IMG/VR virus record: IMGVR_UViG_3300031555_004524 | Span: 1 to 64,000 of that record | DNA: 64,000 nt | Origin: a virus | Lineage: Duplodnaviria; Caudoviricetes | Reading direction: 5' to 3' (one strand) | Shown here: positions 1 to 9,349 of the stretch, piece after piece | How positions within the stretch are numbered: position 1 is the first letter of the stretch | How the letters are laid out: each line of letters starts with the position of its first letter | The notes under the pieces: model-generated | Seen by the model: the letters and a program-made list of their open reading frames with translations, nothing else | What the model was told of the DNA's origin: nothing | The model's database searches: none | Made by a program: the position numbers and the translations under genes

Positions 1-21
1 AAAGAAATGTTATAATGGAGA

Positions 22-759
22 TTGATGTTAGAGCATTTACCACATTACTTAAATTATTTTGAAAAGTTCTATGACCAAGACCATGAACTTTTAGTGATAA
101 TCTATAGAATAAAATATATGATAGATTATCAGAAAGAGTATACTCCTGAAATGTTTTATAATGATTTAAATCGCTATATTATGTCAGACAGTATAACAAC
201 GAAAGCACATAGAATGAACGAAGATAATTATTGTCTTGGATTAGATTTAAAGAAATATAGAAATAATAAAAATTCTAGTCTACAATATACAGATAGACAT
301 GCGAAAATATTATGTTGGATGAGTCTTATGTATAATATGATGATACCTTTATTAACACACTTCATTTATGTGAAAAAAATAGCAGATGTAAATGGTTTCT
401 TATTAAAAGAAATTGATTATATCTTAGATTATATTGATAGAAATATGCACGTTAATATAGAAAGTAAGATCTTTGAAACTGCATATTCTAACACGGAAAA
501 GAACAGCAAAGACAATTCAGTATTATGGGACATGCAGGATATTAGATCAATTAATACTACTATCCATAGTTTGGATAGTAGAACAAATATTTTGCTAAAT
601 ATCGTTCCAAAATATCAGTATTCTCAAAATCTTATTTATTTAAACTATACAAGTATTCGTAAGAGTACAAAATACAATGTAACGGAAATTGATTATGAAT
701 TTAATTATATTCCATTGAGTAGCAGTAAACGTGATGCGGATAATAATTCTGAGTTCGAT
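22..759 (+). CDS. nvRNAP promoter-specificity (sigma-like) subunit, AR9 gp226/phiKZ gp68-like, exon 1 (5' end unclear at window edge)
   Basis: Joined to 1831-2421 it reads ...DNNSEFD|KFESFLIKQNE.... Segments KEYTPEMFYNDL, LQYTDRHAKIL..MSLMYNMMIPLLTHF and C-terminal IAEEIMMYVTLI match my recollection of AR9 gp226. Confidence 0.75.
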
Positions 760-1830
760 AAACTGAATGTCGCTTAGATATAGGAATATAGCTAAGGAAA
801 CCATCTTAATTGCTGGAACAGGCTAATGCTCAATAGGCTACAACGTAACCTGTAAAGGTAAGCGTGAATGCAGATGAAAATCGGAAAAAATTATTGAGAT
901 AACCTATGGTTAAAAGACCTAAGGGTGAGCGGAAGAATGTCTAATCAGCAGTCAAACTAATAATTATAATGAAAGGAGAATTAAATATGATAATACCAAA
1001 TAAAAATGAAATGGTTATGATGGAACTATGGGAAAAGATACCAGAATATGTAGTACCAGATACAAAACCTCATTATTTAATAAGTACTTGGGGTAGAATA
1101 TATAATATAGAAACTGATACTATATTACCTCAAAATATAAATTATAATAAAGATAAGTATATAACTATACGCTTATCTCCAAAAGAAGGAACTGGTAAAA
1201 CTGCAATTTTTGTGCAGCCACATAGAGTTCTGTTGATGACCTATTTTTATATAGAAGGTTGTGAAAATCTGGATGTGAATCATTTGGATGGAATAAAATA
1301 TCATAATTGGTTATGGAATTTGGAATGGGTAACAAGGAAAGAAAATATTCAACATGCATTATCTAACGGGCTATTTAATTTAGGTAGTACTAGAGGTAAT
1401 AGTAAACTAAACGAATTTCAAGTTAGAAGAATATGTGAATTAATTTCTGATGGTAAAGGTCCAAAAGAAATAGAAAAATTGATGAATATTCCAAATTGTA
1501 ATATAGAAAAAATTGTTCAAAATATAAAGAACGGATATAGTTGGAAACATATTTCTTGCGAATATGATTTTGGGCAATTAAATATAACCAATGAATCTCT
1601 GTAATAATTATTAGAAGATTCAACGACTATCGAAAATCATTTAATTGGTGAGTAGAGTAGAGCCAAGCGGTAGAGGCAGAGTAACTCACATAAGACCTCT
1701 TTAAATCGAAATGGATGGCACCCCAATGTCATAATGATAATGGGTGAAGATATAGTCTCGTCTTCTGGGTAACACCTAGAGAAGTTCATAAGAGAACTGC
1801 ATAGAAGTAGCGACTCTATGTGAAGGCACG
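760..1830 (+). mobile_element. Group I self-splicing intron (1071 nt) with homing endonuclease
   Basis: Exon 1 ends in U (CGAU, 756-759), pairing with intron GUCG through a U.G wobble. Core elements: P AATTGCTGGAA (~809), Q AATCAGCAG (~943), R TTCAACGACTA (~1619), S AAGATATAGTC (1747). Terminal G at 1830. Removal restores the reading frame. Confidence 0.93.
987..1604 (+). CDS. Intron-encoded NUMOD4-HNH homing endonuclease (I-HmuI-like) with C-terminal HTH
   Basis: WEKIP..YLISTWGRIYN (NUMOD4) and HRVLL..DVNHLDGIKYHNWLWNLEWVTRKENIQHA (HNH). AAGGAG precedes ATG 987 (track start 969). Lies between intron elements Q and R. Confidence 0.92.
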   Translation: MIIPNKNEMVMMELWEKIPEYVVPDTKPHYLISTWGRIYNIETDTILPQNINYNKDKYITIRLSPKEGTGKTAIFVQPHRVLLMTYFYIEGCENLDVNHLDGIKYHNWLWNLEWVTRKENIQHALSNGLFNLGSTRGNSKLNEFQVRRICELISDGKGPKEIEKLMNIPNCNIEKIVQNIKNGYSWKHISCEYDFGQLNITNESL

Positions 1831-2421
1831 AAATTCGAATCGTTTTTAATTAAACAGAATGAAGCATTATTCTTGCAATTGCAGGCTGCTTCAGATAAAA
1901 CTATTGAGAATATTGAATATCAGTATGGACCATTTGATGAAGCTGAGATTGATTATTATATATCTAGATTAAGCGATAATGATCATGACTTAGTAAATGG
2001 ATTTCAGAAGAATCTTATATTCAATTTATTCTATAAATATTTCGGTGATCCTATTAGTGCATATGGTATTAATAGTAGAGATTACGTGAAATTATTATTA
2101 GCTGCAAGAAAGATTTTATTGGCTAATAATATGGTTGTATTACCATATATCATTTCTAGTAAAGTGGAAAGATTACAGCTAAGAAAAAGTTTAAATAAGA
2201 AAGAAATGTTAAAGTTGCAAGCAAGTCCATACTATAAACAGATACAAGAAAAATATAAGAATGATAAACTTATGGATCATATCTTATCAATTATTGCTAC
2301 AATATTAGTGTCTGATTTTAGAATTATTGATTATCATAATAAAGAAATTGATGGTAAGATGATTGGAAATGTTTCCGATATGATTGCCGAAGAAATTATG
2401 ATGTATGTGACTTTAATTTAA
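1831..2421 (+). CDS. nvRNAP promoter-specificity subunit, exon 2
   Basis: Open from 1831 in the same frame as exon 1, with no RBS of its own. Confidence 0.8.
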   Translation, partial: KFESFLIKQNEALFLQLQAASDKTIENIEYQYGPFDEAEIDYYISRLSDNDHDLVNGFQKNLIFNLFYKYFGDPISAYGINSRDYVKLLLAARKILLANNMVVLPYIISSKVERLQLRKSLNKKEMLKLQASPYYKQIQEKYKNDKLMDHILSIIATILVSDFRIIDYHNKEIDGKMIGNVSDMIAEEIMMYVTLI

Positions 2422-2436
2422 ATATATTAAAATAAT

Positions 2437-2463
2437 CAAGGAGTATCATAGAGATACTCCTTG
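2437..2463 (+). terminator. Intrinsic terminator
   Basis: CAAGGAGTATC/GATACTCCTTG stem followed by a T-run. Confidence 0.8.
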
Positions 2464-2504
2464 TTTTTAATACATAATAATGAAATATTAAAAAGGAGAG
2501 AAGT

Positions 2505-3515
2505 ATGAGAAAAGTGCAAGATTTTTTTAAGAGTAAAACTCGTTTAGAAAAATTATTAGAAGGAACAGATATTATAGATTTTTGTATAAAAGTAAATGAA
2601 GTAGATATAGAATGTTATACCTGTAAAATAGATGCAGTATTAACAGATAATATCAATATACGAATATCATCGTGTTTGAAAATTAATCATAATATTTCTC
2701 AAATTTTAGTAGATATTTTAGAAGTTCGTATTGATTTTGAGGGGAATTGCAATAACTGTTCTGAATATTATTTGATATATAATAAAGCATATGATATATT
2801 AGATATTGGATATCTGGAAATATTGAAAAATAAAGTTTCATATTTTAAAGACAATAGTGTCATTGATATTATAAATACATTAAAATCTAGTATTTATAAA
2901 CATATCGGCTCTACAAAGATAGAATATTATAATTATATTGTAGAATATGATCCATTATCTAACGATGAATTATTTGATACTAATGATCAATCGGAAACAG
3001 TATTAGGTATACCAGATAATATTAGAAAGGAAGATGAACCTATGTTTGAGAGAATTATTAAAGATTTAGGATTGAATGAGATTGATATCAAACCTATTCA
3101 TGGATTTATTGTCAAGGAGCTTATTCCAAATAAAAGAGGAAATACTGTTGATATTAGACACGTAGAACATGTATACATTGTTCAAGGTGGAAAATTTATT
3201 GTTGAAATTCATTTCTCTATTACAGCGTTGATTCCATCGAAACAATACAGTATATTACCTATAATTGGAATTATACAATCTGCTGGACATATACCATTAT
3301 TCTTATTTGATATGAGGGATGGTAATATTAAAATTTCTCAAGAATATTTAGATGAATTACGAAATATTGAAATATATAGTGGAGATTTTAATAGTTATTT
3401 TGAGCAAATTAAAGATCCTTTAATTGAAATTGATCCTAGTCTTTCATATCTATTAGAATATGAAAAGATACAAACTGATAAATTTGGATATATTGATCCA
3501 TTTAAAAAATCTTAA
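2505..3515 (+). CDS. Hypothetical protein
   Basis: 336-aa ORF with AAGGAG RBS; no recognised motif. Confidence 0.8.
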   Translation: MRKVQDFFKSKTRLEKLLEGTDIIDFCIKVNEVDIECYTCKIDAVLTDNINIRISSCLKINHNISQILVDILEVRIDFEGNCNNCSEYYLIYNKAYDILDIGYLEILKNKVSYFKDNSVIDIINTLKSSIYKHIGSTKIEYYNYIVEYDPLSNDELFDTNDQSETVLGIPDNIRKEDEPMFERIIKDLGLNEIDIKPIHGFIVKELIPNKRGNTVDIRHVEHVYIVQGGKFIVEIHFSITALIPSKQYSILPIIGIIQSAGHIPLFLFDMRDGNIKISQEYLDELRNIEIYSGDFNSYFEQIKDPLIEIDPSLSYLLEYEKIQTDKFGYIDPFKKS

Positions 3516-3529
3516 TTATATTAAAAAAT

Positions 3530-3556
3530 AGAGAGTAGGAATAATTCCTACTCTCT
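3530..3556. terminator. Bidirectional terminator between convergent genes
   Basis: AGAGAGTAGGAA/TTCCTACTCTCT stem with A and T tracts on either side. Confidence 0.85.
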
Positions 3557-3565
3557 TTTATTTTT

Positions 3566-5773
3566 TTATTTAAATATTTTGTGTAATAAATTAGATATAG
3601 CATCTACTATAGATTTAATACCTTCCATAATTGTAGTAATTATATCTAATTTTCTATTAACGTCTTCCATAAACTCTCCAATATCAGCTCCATCTGAATC
3701 ATTATCAGTATCTGGAGTTTCTGATTCATCTGAAATTACTGGTTCTTCATCTGGTAATTCTGAGTCGGTTTCAGTATCTGATACTTCAGGTTCAGCAGGG
3801 TCTGTCTCATCAGTATTTGGAGTTTCTGGATCTGTATAATCTTCTTTAGGTTCTGATATTTCAGGTTCATTTGGAATTTCTTCATCAATATCTGGAACCT
3901 CTGGTATCTCATCTGTCACTTCTGTATCAGTAGTATTATCCTCATCAACAACTGGTGTTTCTGGAACTATTGGTTCTTCGTCTGGTAATTCTGGTTCAAT
4001 AGGTTTTACATCTTCTTCTACTTCTTCTTCCAATAAATCGAATCTAGACAAATTATATTTTTCAATCAAATTGCATAATTTATCAACGTATTTACTGTCT
4101 GTAGCATATCCACCGTCTTTTATAATCTGAGCAGCTATTCTATAATCAGTTTCGCCTTTTAACCCTTCATATCTTAATTTAGTACCTTTCATTGCTCCAT
4201 TTAAATAATCGCTATGATCTTTAATAGAAGCTTCTATTGTTTTATATGCTCTGAAAGTAGATAACTTATTTTCAATATTACCATTTGAATCTTCTTCTGG
4301 AGAATATTTTTTATATGTAGCTCCATCCCATTCACTAGCCCAAGTGTTTCCAGATAAAGTAGCTTTCATACCAAATATATTATTTGCATATAAAGATAAA
4401 TCTGACTGACCATCAGCAGACTCTAAGATACCTTGTGCTGTTGTGATAGAAGCTAAAATTCCAGTTTTTTCTAAATCTTTATTAGCTTTTTCTCCAAGAT
4501 ATTCAATGAAGTCTTCTCTAGAAAATCCATATACGGGACTAATAATTTCACGTTCTTCTTTAAGTGTTCCTGTAACGCTCTCTGATGGTTCTTCTGGAGT
4601 TGTTTGTTCAGCAGAAACGTTTTCGTTTTCTTTTTCTGTATCAGATTCCACATTATCGTTTGATTTTGTGGATGAATATACTACTTTGCCATCATTATCA
4701 AAAACATGATATCCTTTATATTGATCACATATAGACTTTGCATTATCTAATACTGAAAATGCTCCAACCTGAGATTTAATATCATCCCAAGATTTTCTTA
4801 CTCTATATATCTGTTTTTCTTCTACATATCCTGCACCGTAAACAGCTTGTCCGTCCCAGTTATATACAGTATATCCATCATTTTCGTCGCAGATTTTCTT
4901 AGCATTTTCTAATACAGAGAATGCTCCAATCTGTGAATTAATATCATCCCAAGATTTTCTTACACGATAAATCTTCTTTGGTTCTGAATACTCTTTACCA
5001 TATACTGCAGTTCCATTCCAATCATATACAGTATAACCATTGTGCTTATCACATTCGTTTTTCGCATTATCTAATTCAGCAAATGCACCTACCTGAGATT
5101 TAGCATTATCCCAAGATTCTCGTACTCTATATAATTTAGAAGTAGTATTTGAAGTAGATTCAGAAGTCATATCTGGATAATATTTCTGCACATATGCGAT
5201 GATAGCTTTAGCAACATCTTCACCCTGCTCTTTACAGAATGCTTCTCCTGCCATTAAATCAGCTTCAACTTTATTAGTCATGAAACCAATTTCTATTAAT
5301 GCGGCAGCCTTTACACCCATCTTATCACAATTACACATTGCTAAAGACTGCTCTTTTACTCCACGATTAGTTTGTGAAGTTCCTTTAATAATATAAGACT
5401 GAATCATTTCAGCAAATCGTAATGAATCGTTCTGATATGCTGTTACTGAATGGATTAAAGTTTCTACTCCCTTAGCAGAATTATAAGATGATCCATTTCC
5501 ATATGCATTAGCATGGAATGATACAGCAAAATCACAATTCGCATTATTAATAATTTTTTGTCTTGTTGTTAATGATAAATCATCATCATCTTTTGAATTT
5601 GTGTCGTCCCATGCTACTCTTAATACTTTAATATAAGAGGCATGAGCTAATAAATACTGTTCGCAAGCATAAGCTGTTTTTACATTAATCCAATGCTCTC
5701 TATATCCATCTGGAGTTCTTTTTCCAGCTGTTGAGCTACCATGCCCAGTGTCAATTGCAACTAAGAAACTCAT
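3566..5773 (-). CDS. Multidomain endolysin: Amidase_3 + 3 cell-wall-binding repeats + GH73 glucosaminidase + acidic linker + amphipathic tail
   Basis: IDTGHG..E, SFHANA, LIEIGFM (amidase_3); 3x YRVR.SWD...SQ.GAF..L.NAK; AQGILES..NNIFGMKA..FRAY..GYATD (GH73). Confidence 0.92.
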   Translation of the reverse strand: MSFLVAIDTGHGSSTAGKRTPDGYREHWINVKTAYACEQYLLAHASYIKVLRVAWDDTNSKDDDDLSLTTRQKIINNANCDFAVSFHANAYGNGSSYNSAKGVETLIHSVTAYQNDSLRFAEMIQSYIIKGTSQTNRGVKEQSLAMCNCDKMGVKAAALIEIGFMTNKVEADLMAGEAFCKEQGEDVAKAIIAYVQKYYPDMTSESTSNTTSKLYRVRESWDNAKSQVGAFAELDNAKNECDKHNGYTVYDWNGTAVYGKEYSEPKKIYRVRKSWDDINSQIGAFSVLENAKKICDENDGYTVYNWDGQAVYGAGYVEEKQIYRVRKSWDDIKSQVGAFSVLDNAKSICDQYKGYHVFDNDGKVVYSSTKSNDNVESDTEKENENVSAEQTTPEEPSESVTGTLKEEREIISPVYGFSREDFIEYLGEKANKDLEKTGILASITTAQGILESADGQSDLSLYANNIFGMKATLSGNTWASEWDGATYKKYSPEEDSNGNIENKLSTFRAYKTIEASIKDHSDYLNGAMKGTKLRYEGLKGETDYRIAAQIIKDGGYATDSKYVDKLCNLIEKYNLSRFDLLEEEVEEDVKPIEPELPDEEPIVPETPVVDEDNTTDTEVTDEIPEVPDIDEEIPNEPEISEPKEDYTDPETPNTDETDPAEPEVSDTETDSELPDEEPVISDESETPDTDNDSDGADIGEFMEDVNRKLDIITTIMEGIKSIVDAISNLLHKIFK

Positions 5774-5830
5774 ACTATAAAATCCTCCTTTTTAAAATAA
5801 ACTTATTATATTGTGAGATTAGTTAATAAA

Positions 5831-5861
5831 TATAGGATAGGTTATATTAACCTATCCTATA
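5831..5861 (-). terminator. Intrinsic terminator
   Basis: Perfect stem TATAGGATAGGTT/AACCTATCCTATA. Confidence 0.75.
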
Positions 5862-5874
5862 TATTATTTTTAAG

Positions 5875-6954
5875 TTATTCTCTTGGAGATATAACAGGTG
5901 AAGACTCATCAGATATTGGATTTTTTAATTTATCCAAAAATTCACGAATTCCCATACATGGAATAATTCCATTTAATTTATTTCCCATATATGCATTTCT
6001 CATGATATCATTATACTGCTGAGATAATATTTCTTCGCTAATATCATCTTCTAATGCTTTATATACTTCATCATAGTATCGTTTGCACCATTTAAAGTTT
6101 GTTTCTGCGTGATCTTTTGCTCTAGCATAGCATTCAATATAATATTCATATATATTCAACATGCAGTTTACAGCCCACATAGTAATGAATCCATTATATG
6201 GTTTTTCTTTCTTGGCTTTTTTAACAGCATAGATCATATTTTCTACATATCCATAGAAGCTATCTCTTATACTACTTCCATAACTATATTGACAATCATT
6301 TGCTCTAGTGATACTATTTGGACTTTCATGCCAATAATATACATGTGCTGGAATGAAATTGATTTGCTCCTGATCACTACAACATAATCTAACTATTGTG
6401 TTAAATCCATTATCCTCATTTGCTCTGGAAGTTTCATGGAAACGAATATTATATTTTTCAATAAAACTTCTTCTATATAATTTTCCAAACATCCATATCA
6501 TATCTCTATCATGCTGTAACAAGATAGGACCTTCACCTGGCTGTAATCCTTCTTCGTGTACTTCGTCAAATATACCAACACATGCTTGAAATACACCATT
6601 ATTCATTTCAATGCCATTTCTTAATGCTTTTAATGCGAAAGACCCATTAAATGTATCATCAGCATCGATGAATGTCATGTATCCATTAGATGTATGATCA
6701 ATACCGTACTGTCTAGCTACACCTGGTCCTCCATTTTTTTCATATCTTAAAATATTAATTTTAAGAATAGATTCGAAACATGATGCTACTTTATGATAGT
6801 TCTGTTCAGTGGAAGCATCATCTACAATAGTAACTTCTAAATCACTAGCAATATCCTGACACGCAATACTAGCTAAACAGCGAAAGATAATATTATCAGG
6901 CACATTATAAGCTGGGATAATTATATCAATTTTACGATTATTTTTTTTAGCCAT
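5875..6954 (-). CDS. Glycosyltransferase family 2
   Basis: IIIPAYN, IVDDAST, GPGVARQYG, FIDADD, NED motifs. Confidence 0.93.
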   Translation of the reverse strand: MAKKNNRKIDIIIPAYNVPDNIIFRCLASIACQDIASDLEVTIVDDASTEQNYHKVASCFESILKINILRYEKNGGPGVARQYGIDHTSNGYMTFIDADDTFNGSFALKALRNGIEMNNGVFQACVGIFDEVHEEGLQPGEGPILLQHDRDMIWMFGKLYRRSFIEKYNIRFHETSRANEDNGFNTIVRLCCSDQEQINFIPAHVYYWHESPNSITRANDCQYSYGSSIRDSFYGYVENMIYAVKKAKKEKPYNGFITMWAVNCMLNIYEYYIECYARAKDHAETNFKWCKRYYDEVYKALEDDISEEILSQQYNDIMRNAYMGNKLNGIIPCMGIREFLDKLKNPISDESSPVISPRE

Positions 6955-7021
6955 AATTTTACTCTCCTTATTATTGATTTATATTATTATAAGGTTAATT
7001 CTATATAAAAATATTAATAAA

Positions 7022-7048
7022 GAAGGATAGGAAAAATTCCTATCCTTC
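7022..7048 (-). terminator. Intrinsic terminator
   Basis: GAAGGATAGGAA/TTCCTATCCTTC stem. Confidence 0.75.
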
Positions 7049-7060
7049 ATTAATTTATAC

Positions 7061-9322
7061 TTATTCCCCATTATTTATTCTTGATTGTTCTACATTAGAT
7101 ACTGGATATATGTAGATATTTTCTACTGTATTATAATATCTATTATTAGTAGTATCATTAGTCCATGTAATAGTATTACCTATCATACTATTTCTATTAT
7201 TAATCAAACAAGTATTCATACTAATACTATCTTTTAATACATATATATTTAACATGTTAGATGTATTTCTACCGTTGAAACAATATTGCATATTCGCTAC
7301 GTTAGGAGAATACATATACATGTTACCGTATAAATTATAACACTTATAATATGTATAACCCATACTTGTTACTTTATTTCCACATACTGGATTATCTGTA
7401 AGATTAGAGCAATTCCAATAAGTAAAATTCATATCTGTTACTTTATCACCACATACAGGATTACCTGTAATGTTATAGCAATTATAATATGTACTATTCA
7501 TAGCTGTTACATTATCTCCGCATACTGGACTACCTGTGAGGTTGGAGCAACCCTTATATGTATAATTCATATCTGTTACTTTATCTCCGCATACTGGACT
7601 ACCTGTAAGGTTAGAGCAATAATAATAAGTATAATACATATTTGTTACATTATTACCACATACTGGACTACCTGTAAGATTACTACAGCCGTGATATGTC
7701 TCATACATATCTGTTACATTATGTCCACATACTGGATTACCTGTAAGATTATTACACCAAACATATGTCCTACTCATACTTGTTACATTAGGTCCACATA
7801 CGGGACTACCTGTAAGATTAGTACACCAAACATATGTCCTACTCATACTTGTTACATTAGGTCCACATACGGGACTACCTGTAAGATTAGTACAATTACT
7901 ATATGTGCTGCCCATATATATTACTTTATCTCCACATACTGGACTACCTGTAAGGTTATAGCAATTACTATATGTGCTGCCCATATATATTACTTTATCT
8001 CCACATACTGGACTACCTGTAAGATTGTAGCAATCAGAATATGCACCACTCATACTTGTTACATTATTACCACATACTGGACTACCTGTAAGGTTAGTGC
8101 AATAGCGATATGTATGAGTCAGATCTGTTACATTATTACCACATGCCGGATTACCTGTAAGATTAGTACAATTATTATATGCACCACTCATAGTTGTTAC
8201 ATTATCTCCGCATACTGGGCTACCTGTTAGGTTGGAGCAATTAGTATATGTATTATTCATATTTGTTACATTATGTCCACATACTGGACTACCTGTAAGG
8301 TTATAACAATTACTATATGTCTCCCACATAGCTGTTACATTATTACCACATACTGGACTACCTGTAAGATTAGTGCAATTATTATATGTACTGATCATAC
8401 TTGTTACATTAGGTCCACATATTGGATTACCTGTAAGATTAGTGCAATTATCATATGCACAACCCATATCTGTTACTTTAGGTCCACATACTGGATTACC
8501 TGTAAGATTATAGCACATCTCATATGTATGTAACATACTTGTTACATTAGGTCCACACACTGGACTATCTGTTAATTTTGTACATCCAGAATATGCACTA
8601 GTCATACTTGTTACATTAGGTCCACATACGGGACTACCTGTAAGATTGAGGCAATTATAATATGCATATGCCATATCTGTTACTTTATTTCCACATACTG
8701 GACTACCTGTAATACTATTACACCAAAGATATGTACGACTCATATTTGTTACATTAGGTCCACATACTGGATTACCAGTAAGGTTATAACAATATTCATA
8801 TGTACTACTCATATCTGTTACATTATTACCGCATACTGGACTACCTGTAATACTATTACACCAAAGATATGTACGACTCATATCTGTTACATTATTACCG
8901 CATACTGGACTACCTGTAAGATTATAGCAAAAATAATACATAGCGGATATATTTGTTACATCTTGGCAATTTATGTTGGTTGTTTTTAAAGATTTCATAC
9001 CAGAAAATGCTCCGAATAAGCTATTGTTATACACACTAACATTATTTTGTATAGTTATACTAGTCATAGTTTTATATTGCGTAAAGTCTATATTGTAAAT
9101 TTGAATATATTTTTCATTTGGTATTTCGCATATTGTGCTTGGAACTCCGTTTAATGTGCCCTTCCATCCAGTAATTTTAGCTATACCATTTTCCACATAA
9201 TATTCAAAATCAATCAAGTTAAATTTGTCCCATACCATCGTGTTATCGAAATATACAGCATCCAAATCGACTCCTTCAAAAGTTATTGCTGTTATTTCAA
9301 CACCATTTACAATTATACTCAT
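7061..9322 (-). CDS. Cys-rich LRR-like (BspA/DUF285-type) repeat protein A, putative receptor-binding fibre tip
   Basis: N-cap DFEY..ITGWKGTLNGVPST, then 23 repeats of CxNLTGSPVCGxNVTxMxx(T/A)Yxx and a C-cap; lies in the fibre cluster. Confidence 0.75.
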   Translation of the reverse strand: MSIIVNGVEITAITFEGVDLDAVYFDNTMVWDKFNLIDFEYYVENGIAKITGWKGTLNGVPSTICEIPNEKYIQIYNIDFTQYKTMTSITIQNNVSVYNNSLFGAFSGMKSLKTTNINCQDVTNISAMYYFCYNLTGSPVCGNNVTDMSRTYLWCNSITGSPVCGNNVTDMSSTYEYCYNLTGNPVCGPNVTNMSRTYLWCNSITGSPVCGNKVTDMAYAYYNCLNLTGSPVCGPNVTSMTSAYSGCTKLTDSPVCGPNVTSMLHTYEMCYNLTGNPVCGPKVTDMGCAYDNCTNLTGNPICGPNVTSMISTYNNCTNLTGSPVCGNNVTAMWETYSNCYNLTGSPVCGHNVTNMNNTYTNCSNLTGSPVCGDNVTTMSGAYNNCTNLTGNPACGNNVTDLTHTYRYCTNLTGSPVCGNNVTSMSGAYSDCYNLTGSPVCGDKVIYMGSTYSNCYNLTGSPVCGDKVIYMGSTYSNCTNLTGSPVCGPNVTSMSRTYVWCTNLTGSPVCGPNVTSMSRTYVWCNNLTGNPVCGHNVTDMYETYHGCSNLTGSPVCGNNVTNMYYTYYYCSNLTGSPVCGDKVTDMNYTYKGCSNLTGSPVCGDNVTAMNSTYYNCYNITGNPVCGDKVTDMNFTYWNCSNLTDNPVCGNKVTSMGYTYYKCYNLYGNMYMYSPNVANMQYCFNGRNTSNMLNIYVLKDSISMNTCLINNRNSMIGNTITWTNDTTNNRYYNTVENIYIYPVSNVEQSRINNGE
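7343..8929 (-). repeat. Tandem array of 23 x 69-bp repeats (23 aa)
   Basis: Counted from the translation; recurring core CCACATACTGGACTACCTGTAAG on the + strand. Confidence 0.95.
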
Positions 9323-9349
9323 ATCATATACCTCCCTATTTTTTTATTT

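Noticed and set aside
7343-8929. CRISPR array (regular repeats with variable spacers)
   Set aside because: The 69-bp period is in frame, variation is codon-structured within one ORF, and there are no cas genes in the window.
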